Shown here: in pieces, positions 55,540 through 64,000 of the stretch
How the letters are laid out: each line of letters starts with the position of its first letter
Numbering within the stretch: the first letter of the stretch is position 1
Made by a program: the position numbers and the translations under genes
Notes under the pieces: model-generated
What the model was told of the DNA's origin: nothing
What the model saw: the letters and a program-made list of their open reading frames with translations, nothing else
Databases searched by the model: none
Origin: an uncultured archaeon
Lineage (GTDB): Archaea > Aenigmatarchaeota > Aenigmatarchaeia > QMZP01 > JACQNV01
Reading direction: 5' to 3'
DNA: 64,000 nucleotides
NCBI GenBank assembly: GCA_964410585.1
Contig: CAYPFW010000004.1
Location: forward strand, 1 to 64,000

Positions 55540-58419
55540 TTAGGCTCCTTCAAAATTAATTTTCACTTTTCTTCCGTCGAGGTCTAGTTCACCCTTTTCT
55601 TTTTTGAGCAAACCTATTTCAACAGAAACAGCGCCAACACCTTCTAAAAGGTCCTTTTCATATTTTTTAATTATCAAATCATCTGCCTTTGAAGGCTCCA
55701 AATACAAAGCAATTTTATCGCTTACATTTAGTTTTTCCTCTTTCCTTAAAATTTGGACTTTTCTTATCAATTCTCTTATAAATGCTTCGTCCTCTAGCGG
55801 TTCCCCAAGGTCAATTTTCCCAAGATCAAACTCTTTTTCCTTTGCTTTTCCAAACCTCACCTCTTTGACATTACCCATAACTTTTATCACATCTTCTACA
55901 TCTTTTATTTTTCCTTTCACTTCATCTGCAACATCCAAAACAACATACGAAACAGGCCACCTTAACTTTATTTTCTTATCAGACCTTAAACTATGAATTG
56001 TTTCAATTATTGCGTCTGTGTATTTCATTCCTTCTTCCAAAATAGGTCTGACCATTTTTCCGTTTTCAGTTGGCAAATTTTCTAGATGAACAGATTCTGT
56101 TTTCATATACAAATCAGTGTAGATTAGGTCTGTTATGTGCGGACATATTGGCGCAAGAAGTTTTAGTGTATTTTCCAAAACAAATGACACTGTAAGCTGA
56201 GCAGCCTCTTTGTCTTCGCCTTCGTAGAAATGTGATATCCTATCTCTTATTATTTTTATATAAGATCTTGAAAAATCATTTAAAATAAAATCCTTCAGGG
56301 ACAAAACATATTCATGAAGGTTATAGGCCTCAACTGATTTTTGCTTTTTGACCAAAGAAAAAAGTTTTGACAAGATCCACTCATCTTCTTTTTTTAGTTT
56401 TATTTTCTTGTCAAACAAGCCCTGAAGCTCGAATACACGATCGCTTTTTTGGGGCCCATACATTTTCACGAACTCGTAGACATTCCAAAAAACATTGAGT
56501 ACACGTCCATATTCCTTTAATTCTTCCCAATTCCAATAAAAATCATTCCAAGGTTCTGAGCTTAGAAGGTAAAACCGCATGACGTCTCTTCCGTGTTTTT
56601 GTATTATTTCTTCTGGTGGAACAACATTGCCCTTTGACTTTGACATCTTAATACCTTTTGCATCCAAAACCATTCCATGTGTTATGACATTTTTGAAAGG
56701 GACCTTGTCGAAAGTTATGACAGAAGTTATTATTTGCGAATTCCACCAACCCCTAAACTGGTCACTGCCTTCTATCTGAAGCTCAGAAGGCCAGAATTTT
56801 TTGAATGGGTTTTCAAACCTTGGATAATTTAAAGACGCCCATGTACCAACTCCAGAATCAAACCAAACATCCAAAACATCTGGAATCCTACTCATTTTAT
56901 TTTTGCATTTTTTACAATCAATTTTTGCATCATCTATTTGAGGCCTGTGGAAATCTATTTCACTTTTTAGTCCTGCTTTCTCACTCAACTCTTTGTATGA
57001 GCCTATTACATCTATGTTACCGCAAACACATTCCCAAATAGGAAGAGGGATGCCCCAATATCTCTGCCTTGATACAGGCCAATCACCAAGGTTTTCTAGC
57101 CAATTATCAAACCTATCCCTTGCCCATGTTGGGTACCAATTGACTTTTTTATTTTCATCCAAAAGTTTTTGCCTTATGTCAGTCACTTTGAAAAACCATT
57201 GAGGCACAGCCATTTGCAACAAAGGCGTCTCACATCTCCAACATGTTGGATAGTCGTGCTCTATTTTTTCTTTTTTTATTAGGGAACCCAGCTCCTCTAA
57301 TTTTTTAACTATTTCTTGATTTGCATCCCTTGCTTTTTTTCCAGCTAACCATTTTCCTGCTGCAGCAGAATATCTACCATCCATGTTCACAAAAGATAAA
57401 ATAGGTGAGTTGAATTCTTTCCCAACTAAATAGTCTTCTTTACCATGCCCAGGAGCACAATGAACAAGCCCTGTACCATCTTCTAAATTAACATACCTTG
57501 GAGATGTCAAAACTTTGTGTCCGTTTTTCAAGTCATTTAGTTGGTCAACAAAATCTTTGAGTGGATGTGTGTATTCCAAACCTTTTAGGTCTTCGCCTTT
57601 AACTGTTTTTGAAATTTTGTATTTTTCTATTTTAAATTTCTCCATCAAAGGTTTCACTAATTCCTTTGCTAAAACAAATTCTTCCTCACCAACTTTTACA
57701 AAAGAATATTCGAAAGATGGGTGAACCATAACGCCTGTGTTAGCTGGTAAAGTCCATGGTGTTGTTGTCCAGATCACCAAGAATTTTCCTTTTTCATTTT
57801 TCAGTTGGAATTTAACAAAAACAGATTCATCCTGCAATTTTTTGTGTTCTATTTCATTGTACGCAACAACTGTTTCGCATCGAGAACAAACATGAACGGG
57901 ATATTTGTCTTTGTACAAAAGGCCCTTATCAAAAGCTTTTTTGAATGTATACCAAGCACCTTCTATGTAGAGATTGTTTAAGGTTAGGTAAGGGTTTGAC
58001 CAATCCATCCACACACCCAAACCATCAAACTGGCTATTCATTACACTTATGTGTTTTGTTGCGAATTCTTTACACTTGTCAATGAATTTTCCTACGCCAA
58101 AGGTTTCTATGTCTTTTTTTGAGTTGAAACCAAGCTCTTTTTCAACCTTCACTTCTATTGGTGTTCCATGTGTATCATATCCTGGCTGATCCCACACATC
58201 AAAACCTTTCATCCTAAAGAACCTTATGTATGCATCTTTTAGAATTTTGTTCCAAGCAGTGCCCATGTGGATTGCACCGCTTGCATATGGCGGTCCATCC
58301 ATGAAAAAGAATTTGTTAGCAGAGCTCTTGCTTTTTTCCTGGACCTTGGATTTTATAGATTCATGATCCCAGTAAAGCCTTATCTGCTCTTCAACTGATT
58401 GCGGACTGTATTGCGACAT
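55540..58419 (-). CDS. ileS: Isoleucine--tRNA ligase
   Basis: DGPPYASG..HMGT, WTTTPWTLP, GTGLVHCAPGHG, SRQRYWG, KMSKS. Confidence 0.97.
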   Translation of the reverse strand: MSQYSPQSVEEQIRLYWDHESIKSKVQEKSKSSANKFFFMDGPPYASGAIHMGTAWNKILKDAYIRFFRMKGFDVWDQPGYDTHGTPIEVKVEKELGFNSKKDIETFGVGKFIDKCKEFATKHISVMNSQFDGLGVWMDWSNPYLTLNNLYIEGAWYTFKKAFDKGLLYKDKYPVHVCSRCETVVAYNEIEHKKLQDESVFVKFQLKNEKGKFLVIWTTTPWTLPANTGVMVHPSFEYSFVKVGEEEFVLAKELVKPLMEKFKIEKYKISKTVKGEDLKGLEYTHPLKDFVDQLNDLKNGHKVLTSPRYVNLEDGTGLVHCAPGHGKEDYLVGKEFNSPILSFVNMDGRYSAAAGKWLAGKKARDANQEIVKKLEELGSLIKKEKIEHDYPTCWRCETPLLQMAVPQWFFKVTDIRQKLLDENKKVNWYPTWARDRFDNWLENLGDWPVSRQRYWGIPLPIWECVCGNIDVIGSYKELSEKAGLKSEIDFHRPQIDDAKIDCKKCKNKMSRIPDVLDVWFDSGVGTWASLNYPRFENPFKKFWPSELQIEGSDQFRGWWNSQIITSVITFDKVPFKNVITHGMVLDAKGIKMSKSKGNVVPPEEIIQKHGRDVMRFYLLSSEPWNDFYWNWEELKEYGRVLNVFWNVYEFVKMYGPQKSDRVFELQGLFDKKIKLKKEDEWILSKLFSLVKKQKSVEAYNLHEYVLSLKDFILNDFSRSYIKIIRDRISHFYEGEDKEAAQLTVSFVLENTLKLLAPICPHITDLIYTDLYMKTESVHLENLPTENGKMVRPILEEGMKYTDAIIETIHSLRSDKKIKLRWPVSYVVLDVADEVKGKIKDVEDVIKVMGNVKEVRFGKAKEKEFDLGKIDLGEPLEDEAFIRELIRKVQILRKEEKLNVSDKIALYLEPSKADDLIIKKYEKDLLEGVGAVSVEIGLLKKEKGELDLDGRKVKINFEGA

Positions 58420-58556
58420 ATTCCAATAATTATGCACTGAATTTAAAAACTGTCTAATAAGCTATTTATAACCCAACCAAATAAATATACTGATATGTTT
58501 AATCAGATGCAGGAGCTGGCTCATAAACCAGTTTCCGATTGTTCTTTGGAGGCACC

Positions 58557-58940
58557 ATGGTTGAAATTCCCGTAAGTGTTAAAAAGCTAAAAGAAGGTAC
58601 ATACGTCACAATTGACGGAGAGCCATGCAAAGTTGTTAGCATGGTCAAATCAAAAGCAGGCAAGCATGGTTCTGCAAAAGTAAGGTTTGATGCAGTGGGA
58701 ATTTTTGATGATAAAAAAAGATGTATTATAAAACCCGGTTCTTCTGACATGATGTCACCAGTTATTGAGAAAAAAGCTGGCCAAGTTCTTTCTGTTTCTG
58801 GAGAAATTGCACAAATAATGGACATGGTTGATTATTCTACTTTTGAAGCAAAGATCCCAGAAGAATTAAAAGGCAAAATCCAACCTGGTGCTGAAATCAC
58901 ATACTGGAAGTTTGAGAGCAAGATTTTGCTGAAAGGATGA
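58557..58940 (+). CDS. eif5a: Translation factor aIF-5A
   Basis: SKAGKHGSAK hypusine loop; SD GGAGG. Confidence 0.96.
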   Translation: MVEIPVSVKKLKEGTYVTIDGEPCKVVSMVKSKAGKHGSAKVRFDAVGIFDDKKRCIIKPGSSDMMSPVIEKKAGQVLSVSGEIAQIMDMVDYSTFEAKIPEELKGKIQPGAEITYWKFESKILLKG

Positions 58941-59091
58941 TCCTTTTCTCAACTTTTTAGGAAAGGGTTGATCAAAAGTTTACAACAAGAAAAGTCTAAG
59001 CTTTATCCAAAAGAAAATCTGCATCTATTAGGAAATGGATGCAGAGATGTCTCGTGCCACAATATAACCAAAGAGGCACGACTAATATACA
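58940..59091 (+). repeat. Nested composite: module B interrupted by an A-type hairpin (58949-58986) and module C (59017-59081)
   Basis: ATCCTTTTC[insert]AAGAAAAGTCTAAGCTTTATCCAAAAGAAA[insert]CTAATATACA reconstitutes the B consensus. Confidence 0.82.
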
Positions 59092-59106
59092 AAAAGATAA
59101 TGAAAG

Positions 59107-60297
59107 TTAAAGATCATTCTGCGCGACGCCTGTTTTGATTGCTTCTTTTTTGACAGCTTGCGAAATTTCTTTGACAATGTTTTTGTCAAAAGGATTTGGT
59201 ATAATCTTGTCCAAAGTTGGTTTTTGCACGCAGTCTGCTAAAGCATAAGCAGCTGCTAGTTTCATCTCAACATTTATTTTTGTTGCTCTACAATCCAAAG
59301 CTCCCCTGAAAATTCCTGGATAGCCTAAAACATTGTTTATTTGGTTTGGGAAATCAGACCTGCCTGTCCCAACCACTTTCGCACCAGCCTTTTTGGCGAC
59401 ATCTGGCATTACTTCGGGTGTTGGGTTTGCCATTGCAAAAACAATAGGTTCCCTGTTCATTGATCTTATCATTTCCTCTGATACAATACCTGCCCGCGAA
59501 AGGCCTATGAAAACATCTACACTCTCCAAGGCTTCTTTTAAGCCACCTTTTCTATTCTCCCTATTTGTTATCCTTGCAAGCTCTTTCTTGTATTCTTCTA
59601 TGTCTTCCCTGTCTTTTGAAATTATTCCTTTTGAATCAACAACAATCAAATCTTTTACAGGTGAACAGATTTTTTTGTTCAAACCAAAACAAGTTAATAG
59701 CTTTGCCACAGCTGTGCCTGCTGGCCCTGCACCTGAAACAGAAACCTTTAATTCTGCCAAGTCCTTTTTCAAAACTTTCGAGGCATTCAAAAGCGCAGCT
59801 AAAACAACGATCGCTGTACCATGTTGGTCATCGTGGAAAACAGGTATGCCAATGTCCTGCAAAGCATCTTCAATCTGGAAGCATCTGGGAGCGGATATGT
59901 CCTCTAAATTAATTCCAGAAAAGCTTGGAGATATTGTTTTTATCGCATCAATTATTTTCTCAGTGTCCTGTGTGCTCAAAATAATCGGATATGCATCTAC
60001 ATCAGCAAATTCTTTGAACAAAATACATTTTCCCTCCATCACAGGCAAACCAGCCTGTGCACCAATATCGCCTAAACCAAGCACAGCTGACCCATCAGAA
60101 ATAACAGCAACTGTATTGCATACATTTGTGTATTTGCAGACCAAATCAGGATTTCTATGTATTTCCTTGCACGGCTCAGCAACTCCGGGAGTATAAGCTA
60201 GTTTCAAAGAATTGTGATCTATTTTTACTTTAGATTTAACTTCTAACTTCCCCTTTAATTTTTCGTGAAGAACAAGAGCCTCTCTTTCCAAAGACAT
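59107..60297 (-). CDS. NAD(P)-dependent malic enzyme
   Basis: AYTPGVA, PVMEGK, INLEDI, FHDDQHGTA, NQINN..PGIFRGALD. Confidence 0.95.
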   Translation of the reverse strand: MSLEREALVLHEKLKGKLEVKSKVKIDHNSLKLAYTPGVAEPCKEIHRNPDLVCKYTNVCNTVAVISDGSAVLGLGDIGAQAGLPVMEGKCILFKEFADVDAYPIILSTQDTEKIIDAIKTISPSFSGINLEDISAPRCFQIEDALQDIGIPVFHDDQHGTAIVVLAALLNASKVLKKDLAELKVSVSGAGPAGTAVAKLLTCFGLNKKICSPVKDLIVVDSKGIISKDREDIEEYKKELARITNRENRKGGLKEALESVDVFIGLSRAGIVSEEMIRSMNREPIVFAMANPTPEVMPDVAKKAGAKVVGTGRSDFPNQINNVLGYPGIFRGALDCRATKINVEMKLAAAYALADCVQKPTLDKIIPNPFDKNIVKEISQAVKKEAIKTGVAQNDL

Positions 60298-60355
60298 AGG
60301 AATTATTGTTGAGCGGATAGATAAAGCTTATAATATTTACGCTCTGTATATTCCT

Positions 60356-61282
60356 ATGGAACCTATTAAGGACTTGTCGATCACCAAAAACACAACACTT
60401 GAAGAACTGGGAAAAGAATACTTGAAATCAGGTGGATTTGTAGCCAAGAAAATTGGTTCGGGAATACAAATCATGAAGCTGATGTTAACTGATTCCACAA
60501 ACAGGTTTTTGTCTTTCCCAGCTGCGCCAATTGCAACAGGCACAAGAGGCTTGATAAAGGAGCTTGTGAAAAAAAACCTGTTTAATGTTTTGATCACAAC
60601 TTGCGGAACCCTAGACCATGATTTTGCGCGATTATGGAAAGATTATTACCACGGTAGTTTTAGCGCAGATGACAGAGAGCTCCATAAAAAGGGTGTGAAT
60701 AGGCTTGGCAACATTTTTGTGCCAAATGAAAGCTACGGCGACATCATAGAAAAAAAACTCCAACCAATTTTGCAGGACATGTATGATTCAGGACTCACTG
60801 AATTAGCAACATATGAGTTTGTTTGGGAACTAGGAAAACGGTTAGAAAATGTCCCAAAAAAAGAGGAATCAATAATTTATTGGTGTTGGAAAAACAAAAT
60901 TCCAATGGTTATACCAGGAATCACAGACGGCGCATTTGGAACACAGATCATGTTGTTTATGCAGGAACACAAAAATTTCAAAATTGATGTTTTCAAAGAT
61001 GAAAAATATTTGTCTGACTTCATGTTTGAGGATAAAAAATCTAGCGCTCTGATGATTGGTGGAGGCATAAGCAAACACCACACAATCTGGTGGAACCAGT
61101 TTAAAGGTGGTCTAGACTACGCTGTTTACATAACAACAGCACCTGAGTGGGATGGAAGTTTGTCAGGCGCAAGGATTAGAGAAGGCATTTCATGGGGTAA
61201 GGTTAGAGAGGATGCCAAATTTATAACAATAGAAGGCGACGCTACAATTATTTTACCTCTTTTAGTTGGGCCTTTCTTGTAA
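60356..61282 (+). CDS. dys: Deoxyhypusine synthase
   Basis: NRLGNIFVP, PGITDG, GGGISKHH, DGSLSGA..EGISWGKV, GDAT. Confidence 0.95.
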   Translation: MEPIKDLSITKNTTLEELGKEYLKSGGFVAKKIGSGIQIMKLMLTDSTNRFLSFPAAPIATGTRGLIKELVKKNLFNVLITTCGTLDHDFARLWKDYYHGSFSADDRELHKKGVNRLGNIFVPNESYGDIIEKKLQPILQDMYDSGLTELATYEFVWELGKRLENVPKKEESIIYWCWKNKIPMVIPGITDGAFGTQIMLFMQEHKNFKIDVFKDEKYLSDFMFEDKKSSALMIGGGISKHHTIWWNQFKGGLDYAVYITTAPEWDGSLSGARIREGISWGKVREDAKFITIEGDATIILPLLVGPFL

Positions 61283-61412
61283 TTATCACAAATAAAATTG
61301 ATTTTCCACAAAATTCCACTTTTGATATTTTAAGTCATACTCTGACGAAAACTATTTAAAGCTTCGGTGCGATTAAATAATCAGTTTTACAAGTAACCTT
61401 TGGAGGTGCAAT

Positions 61413-61508
61413 ATGAATTTTGAAGATTTATACCCACCAATGATGGAAGAAGACGAAGAAGACGATGATTGGGGAGACGATGAAGAAGGCGAAGAGGAAG
61501 AAGAATAA
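61413..61508 (+). CDS. Highly acidic microprotein (31 aa, not in ORF track)
   Basis: SD GGAGGTG 4 nt before ATG, upstream TATTTAAA, downstream T-rich tract; MNFEDLYPPMMEEDEEDDDWGDDEEGEEEEE. Confidence 0.7.
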   Translation: MNFEDLYPPMMEEDEEDDDWGDDEEGEEEEE

Positions 61509-61548
61509 TTTTTAACTTCTTCTTTATTTTTTCTTTTTGATTTTATTT
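61509..61548 (+). terminator. T-rich archaeal intrinsic terminator (putative)
   Basis: Several oligo-T runs directly after the stop codon. Confidence 0.45.
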
Positions 61549-61571
61549 ATATCGCTACACCAAAATAATAG

Positions 61572-62264
61572 ATGAAATATAAAAGGCTGCCACTTAGGAT
61601 ATTGATTACAGTTTTGGTTGCAATAGCTTTTTTTGATATTAAAAATCTCTATGCACACTTCTATTCATATTTAACAGGAAACATAATTACAGATGTAATA
61701 ACAAAACAATGGCACATAGCTGTCATAAGCATAATTATTTTTATCGCATTTTTCCTTCCTCTATCATTTAGGCGAAAGGCTAAGTGGGCTGAATATGGAT
61801 TGGTTAGCGCATTTTTTGTTTCGCTCTTTGTGGAGATGTATGGCATTCCACTAACAATTATTTTTGCATCAAAGTATTTCTACACAACAAATATATCCTT
61901 ACCAAATGTCATTCAGTTTAATGCTTTTGGTGTTGGGTTTGGGATGGATTTCGGAATGGTATACGGCCTGATCTTGATTTTAATGGGGATGATATTGATT
62001 GGTTTCGGTTGGATAACACTTTATAAAAATGTTAAAACTCAGACAGTTGTGACAAAGGGTATATATTCATATTCCAGACATCCTCAATATCTTGGTTTCA
62101 TTTTGATAATTTTGGGCTGGTTTGTTGCTTGGCCAACAATATTAACGCTTATATTTTCCCCAATACTGATCTACAAATATATTTCAGTTTCCAGAAAGGA
62201 GGAAAAGGAAGTTGAGTCTTCAGAGTATAAAAAATATAGACAAAATGTACCCTTTTTTGTTTGA
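61572..62264 (+). CDS. Isoprenylcysteine carboxyl methyltransferase/PEMT family membrane protein
   Basis: EMYGIPLTI, TKGIYSYSRHPQYLG, EE...Y..Y...VP.F. Confidence 0.88.
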   Translation: MKYKRLPLRILITVLVAIAFFDIKNLYAHFYSYLTGNIITDVITKQWHIAVISIIIFIAFFLPLSFRRKAKWAEYGLVSAFFVSLFVEMYGIPLTIIFASKYFYTTNISLPNVIQFNAFGVGFGMDFGMVYGLILILMGMILIGFGWITLYKNVKTQTVVTKGIYSYSRHPQYLGFILIILGWFVAWPTILTLIFSPILIYKYISVSRKEEKEVESSEYKKYRQNVPFFV

Positions 62265-62270
62265 TATTAT

Positions 62271-63365
62271 ATGGTAGAGGAATTAACAGGAGTTGCAAGG
62301 GAAATTGCTGATATAGAAGAAGAATTAGCACGGACAAAATATAACAAAGCAACACAGGGCCATATTGGTAAACTAAAGGCAAAGCTTGCAAACCTGAAAG
62401 ACCAGCAACAAATAAAAAGTGGCGGAGCTCATGGATATGGATATGGTCTGAAGAAAACGGGTGATGCAACAATCCTTATGGTGGGCTTTCCATCTGTTGG
62501 AAAAAGCACACTTCTAAATGCGTTGACAAGAGCAGATTCAAAAGTAGGTGCATATGATTTCACAACGATAGATGTTGTCCCTGGAATGCTTGAATTCAAT
62601 GAGGCCCACATACAAGTTTTGGACTTACCGGGATTGATAGAGGGAGCGAGCACAGGTGCAGGAAGGGGTAAAGAGGTTTTAGCTGTTGCGAGGATTGCTG
62701 ATCTTGTTATTTTGGTTTCAAGCGCCTCAAAAGCTGAAAAGGAATTAGATGTTATTAAAAAAGAGCTCATTAATGCAAATTTTAGGTTAGATCAAAAACC
62801 ACCTGAAATAAAGATTGTGAAAAAAGCAACAGGCGGCGTGTCTGTTGGATCAACAATTAGGCTCAAAAACTTGACAAAGAAAACAATTCAAGAAATTCTT
62901 TCTGAGTTTAGGATCCATAATGCAGATGTTGTTTTGAGAGAGGATCCAGATATAGATAGATTTATAGATAGTTTGAAAACAAACAGGGTTTATGTTCCTT
63001 CTCTTGTTGTTGTAAACAAATGTGACTTAATCGATGCACAGCGGGCACAGGAATTGAGGAAGACATTCCCTGGGTGTGTTTTGATTTCTGCTCAACAAAG
63101 AAAAGGTATAGAAGAACTAAAAACAAAGGTTTGGGAAAAACTAAAGCTAATTAGGATTTATATGAAACCTGTTGGTAAAAATCCTGATATGAGAGAACCA
63201 TATATCATGAAGGTTGGGACAACTGTTGGTGATATTGCAAAAAAAGTGAATAAAACAGAAGAGCTGAAGTACGCCAGAGTTTGGGGCTCTTCAAAATTCG
63301 CTGGACAGTCACTGGGTGAAGATCATAAATTGAAAGACAAGGATATTGTAGAGTTACATTTTTAG
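62271..63365 (+). CDS. DRG/Rbg family GTPase with TGS domain
   Basis: TKYNKAT..HIG.LKAK, GFPSVGKS, YDFTT, DLPGLIEG, NKCD. Confidence 0.95.
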   Translation: MVEELTGVAREIADIEEELARTKYNKATQGHIGKLKAKLANLKDQQQIKSGGAHGYGYGLKKTGDATILMVGFPSVGKSTLLNALTRADSKVGAYDFTTIDVVPGMLEFNEAHIQVLDLPGLIEGASTGAGRGKEVLAVARIADLVILVSSASKAEKELDVIKKELINANFRLDQKPPEIKIVKKATGGVSVGSTIRLKNLTKKTIQEILSEFRIHNADVVLREDPDIDRFIDSLKTNRVYVPSLVVVNKCDLIDAQRAQELRKTFPGCVLISAQQRKGIEELKTKVWEKLKLIRIYMKPVGKNPDMREPYIMKVGTTVGDIAKKVNKTEELKYARVWGSSKFAGQSLGEDHKLKDKDIVELHF

Positions 63366-64000
63366 TTATTGATTTCTGCTACAGCCTATCTTCACACCGT
63401 TTTCCAACATTTCTGTTTTGAAATCAACGTCTAAAAACTTTTTAATCACCCACATATTTGTCTCTGCATGTTTTGTGAGCTCCGGTGCAATGAATTCTGA
63501 TTTGCTCCTTGCCAAAGCAAGGAAGGGAAGGATTTGATCTGACATCCATTCATCTAAGGTAGCGACTGAATCTATTTGTTTTTTGAGCAGAAGAGCTGCT
63601 TCCTCTCCGACTTTTTCAGCTGATTTGTTTCTTTCGCCAAGTGCGCTCGAGCCAAGGATACAATTCTCGAATTTTGATGCAATTGTTATAGATGAACCAA
63701 TTGAAAACGAATCAACATATTTTGTTTTGCCTTTTAGAGGAATTATTTTTTCGGCTACCTGTAGCTGTCTTTCAGCAACTTTGCTAGAAACAAGATTTTG
63801 GTTAGCATTGCTCCATGCTTCTGTTTCAACTAATTTTCCTCTTTCCAAAATGTTCAGAGGCTTTAGTTTTCCTGGATGAATTTTTATTTTTATTTCTCCG
63901 CCTCCGCGGGGAAAATAGCCATACCTCAAAGTTTCCGATTCAGTTTTTATTCCCATTTTCTCTAGGAACTCAGAAAAAACATGGCGAAAATATCCAGTAG
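63366..64000 (-). CDS. rtcA: RNA 3'-terminal phosphate cyclase (5' part outside window)
   Basis: RYGYFPRGGG, VAERQ, AEKVGEEAA, D...DQILPFLALA, T.H..TN; frame is open to the window edge. Confidence 0.9.
   Translation of the reverse strand, partial: TGYFRHVFSEFLEKMGIKTESETLRYGYFPRGGGEIKIKIHPGKLKPLNILERGKLVETEAWSNANQNLVSSKVAERQLQVAEKIIPLKGKTKYVDSFSIGSSITIASKFENCILGSSALGERNKSAEKVGEEAALLLKKQIDSVATLDEWMSDQILPFLALARSKSEFIAPELTKHAETNMWVIKKFLDVDFKTEMLENGVKIGCSRNQ

Noticed and set aside
58518-58532. tRNA-Met-like anticodon loop CTCATAA in the aIF5A leader
   Set aside because: The loop is 8 nt and no other tRNA arms are present; not a tRNA or split-tRNA half
777-60196. Long antisense ORFs (e.g. 777..1460, 8687..9301, 13767..14438, 59333..60196) and ORFs over tRNAs or repeats (10537, 10615, 21115, 51207)
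   Set aside because: Shadows of well-supported genes or RNA genes on the other strand or frame, with no motifs
1-64000. Provirus, integrase or autonomous transposase explaining the repeats
   Set aside because: No integrase, transposase, RT or viral hallmark ORF and no att-like tRNA 3' duplications recognised in this window

Overview
This is low-GC archaeal chromosomal DNA. Gene content and intron-rich tRNAs suggest a DPANN lineage, possibly Aenigmarchaeota-like (inference). It carries mostly housekeeping genes (adk, ndk, tmk, carS, rpoK, rps2, rpl19e, rpl18, ftsY, SRP RNA, smc, cbf5, uppS, htpX, nreA, rpl15e, nop5, fibrillarin, ileS, aIF5A, dys, DRG GTPase, rtcA), a MoxR/VWA operon and a bacterial-type SUF operon. 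There are 10 tRNA genes (one cut by the window edge), and seven of them hold 12 bulge-helix-bulge (BHB) introns, 8 at non-canonical positions. The most striking signal is a set of short, modular, palindromic repeats, labelled here modules A-D. They make up the 5' part of two tRNA introns and sit inside a third. They abut both tRNA-Glu genes and the SRP RNA, lie in sense orientation just before ribosome-binding sites, supply the C-terminus of rpl19e, form an in-frame 30-aa insertion in SufS, and nest inside one another. No transposase for them is visible in the window.
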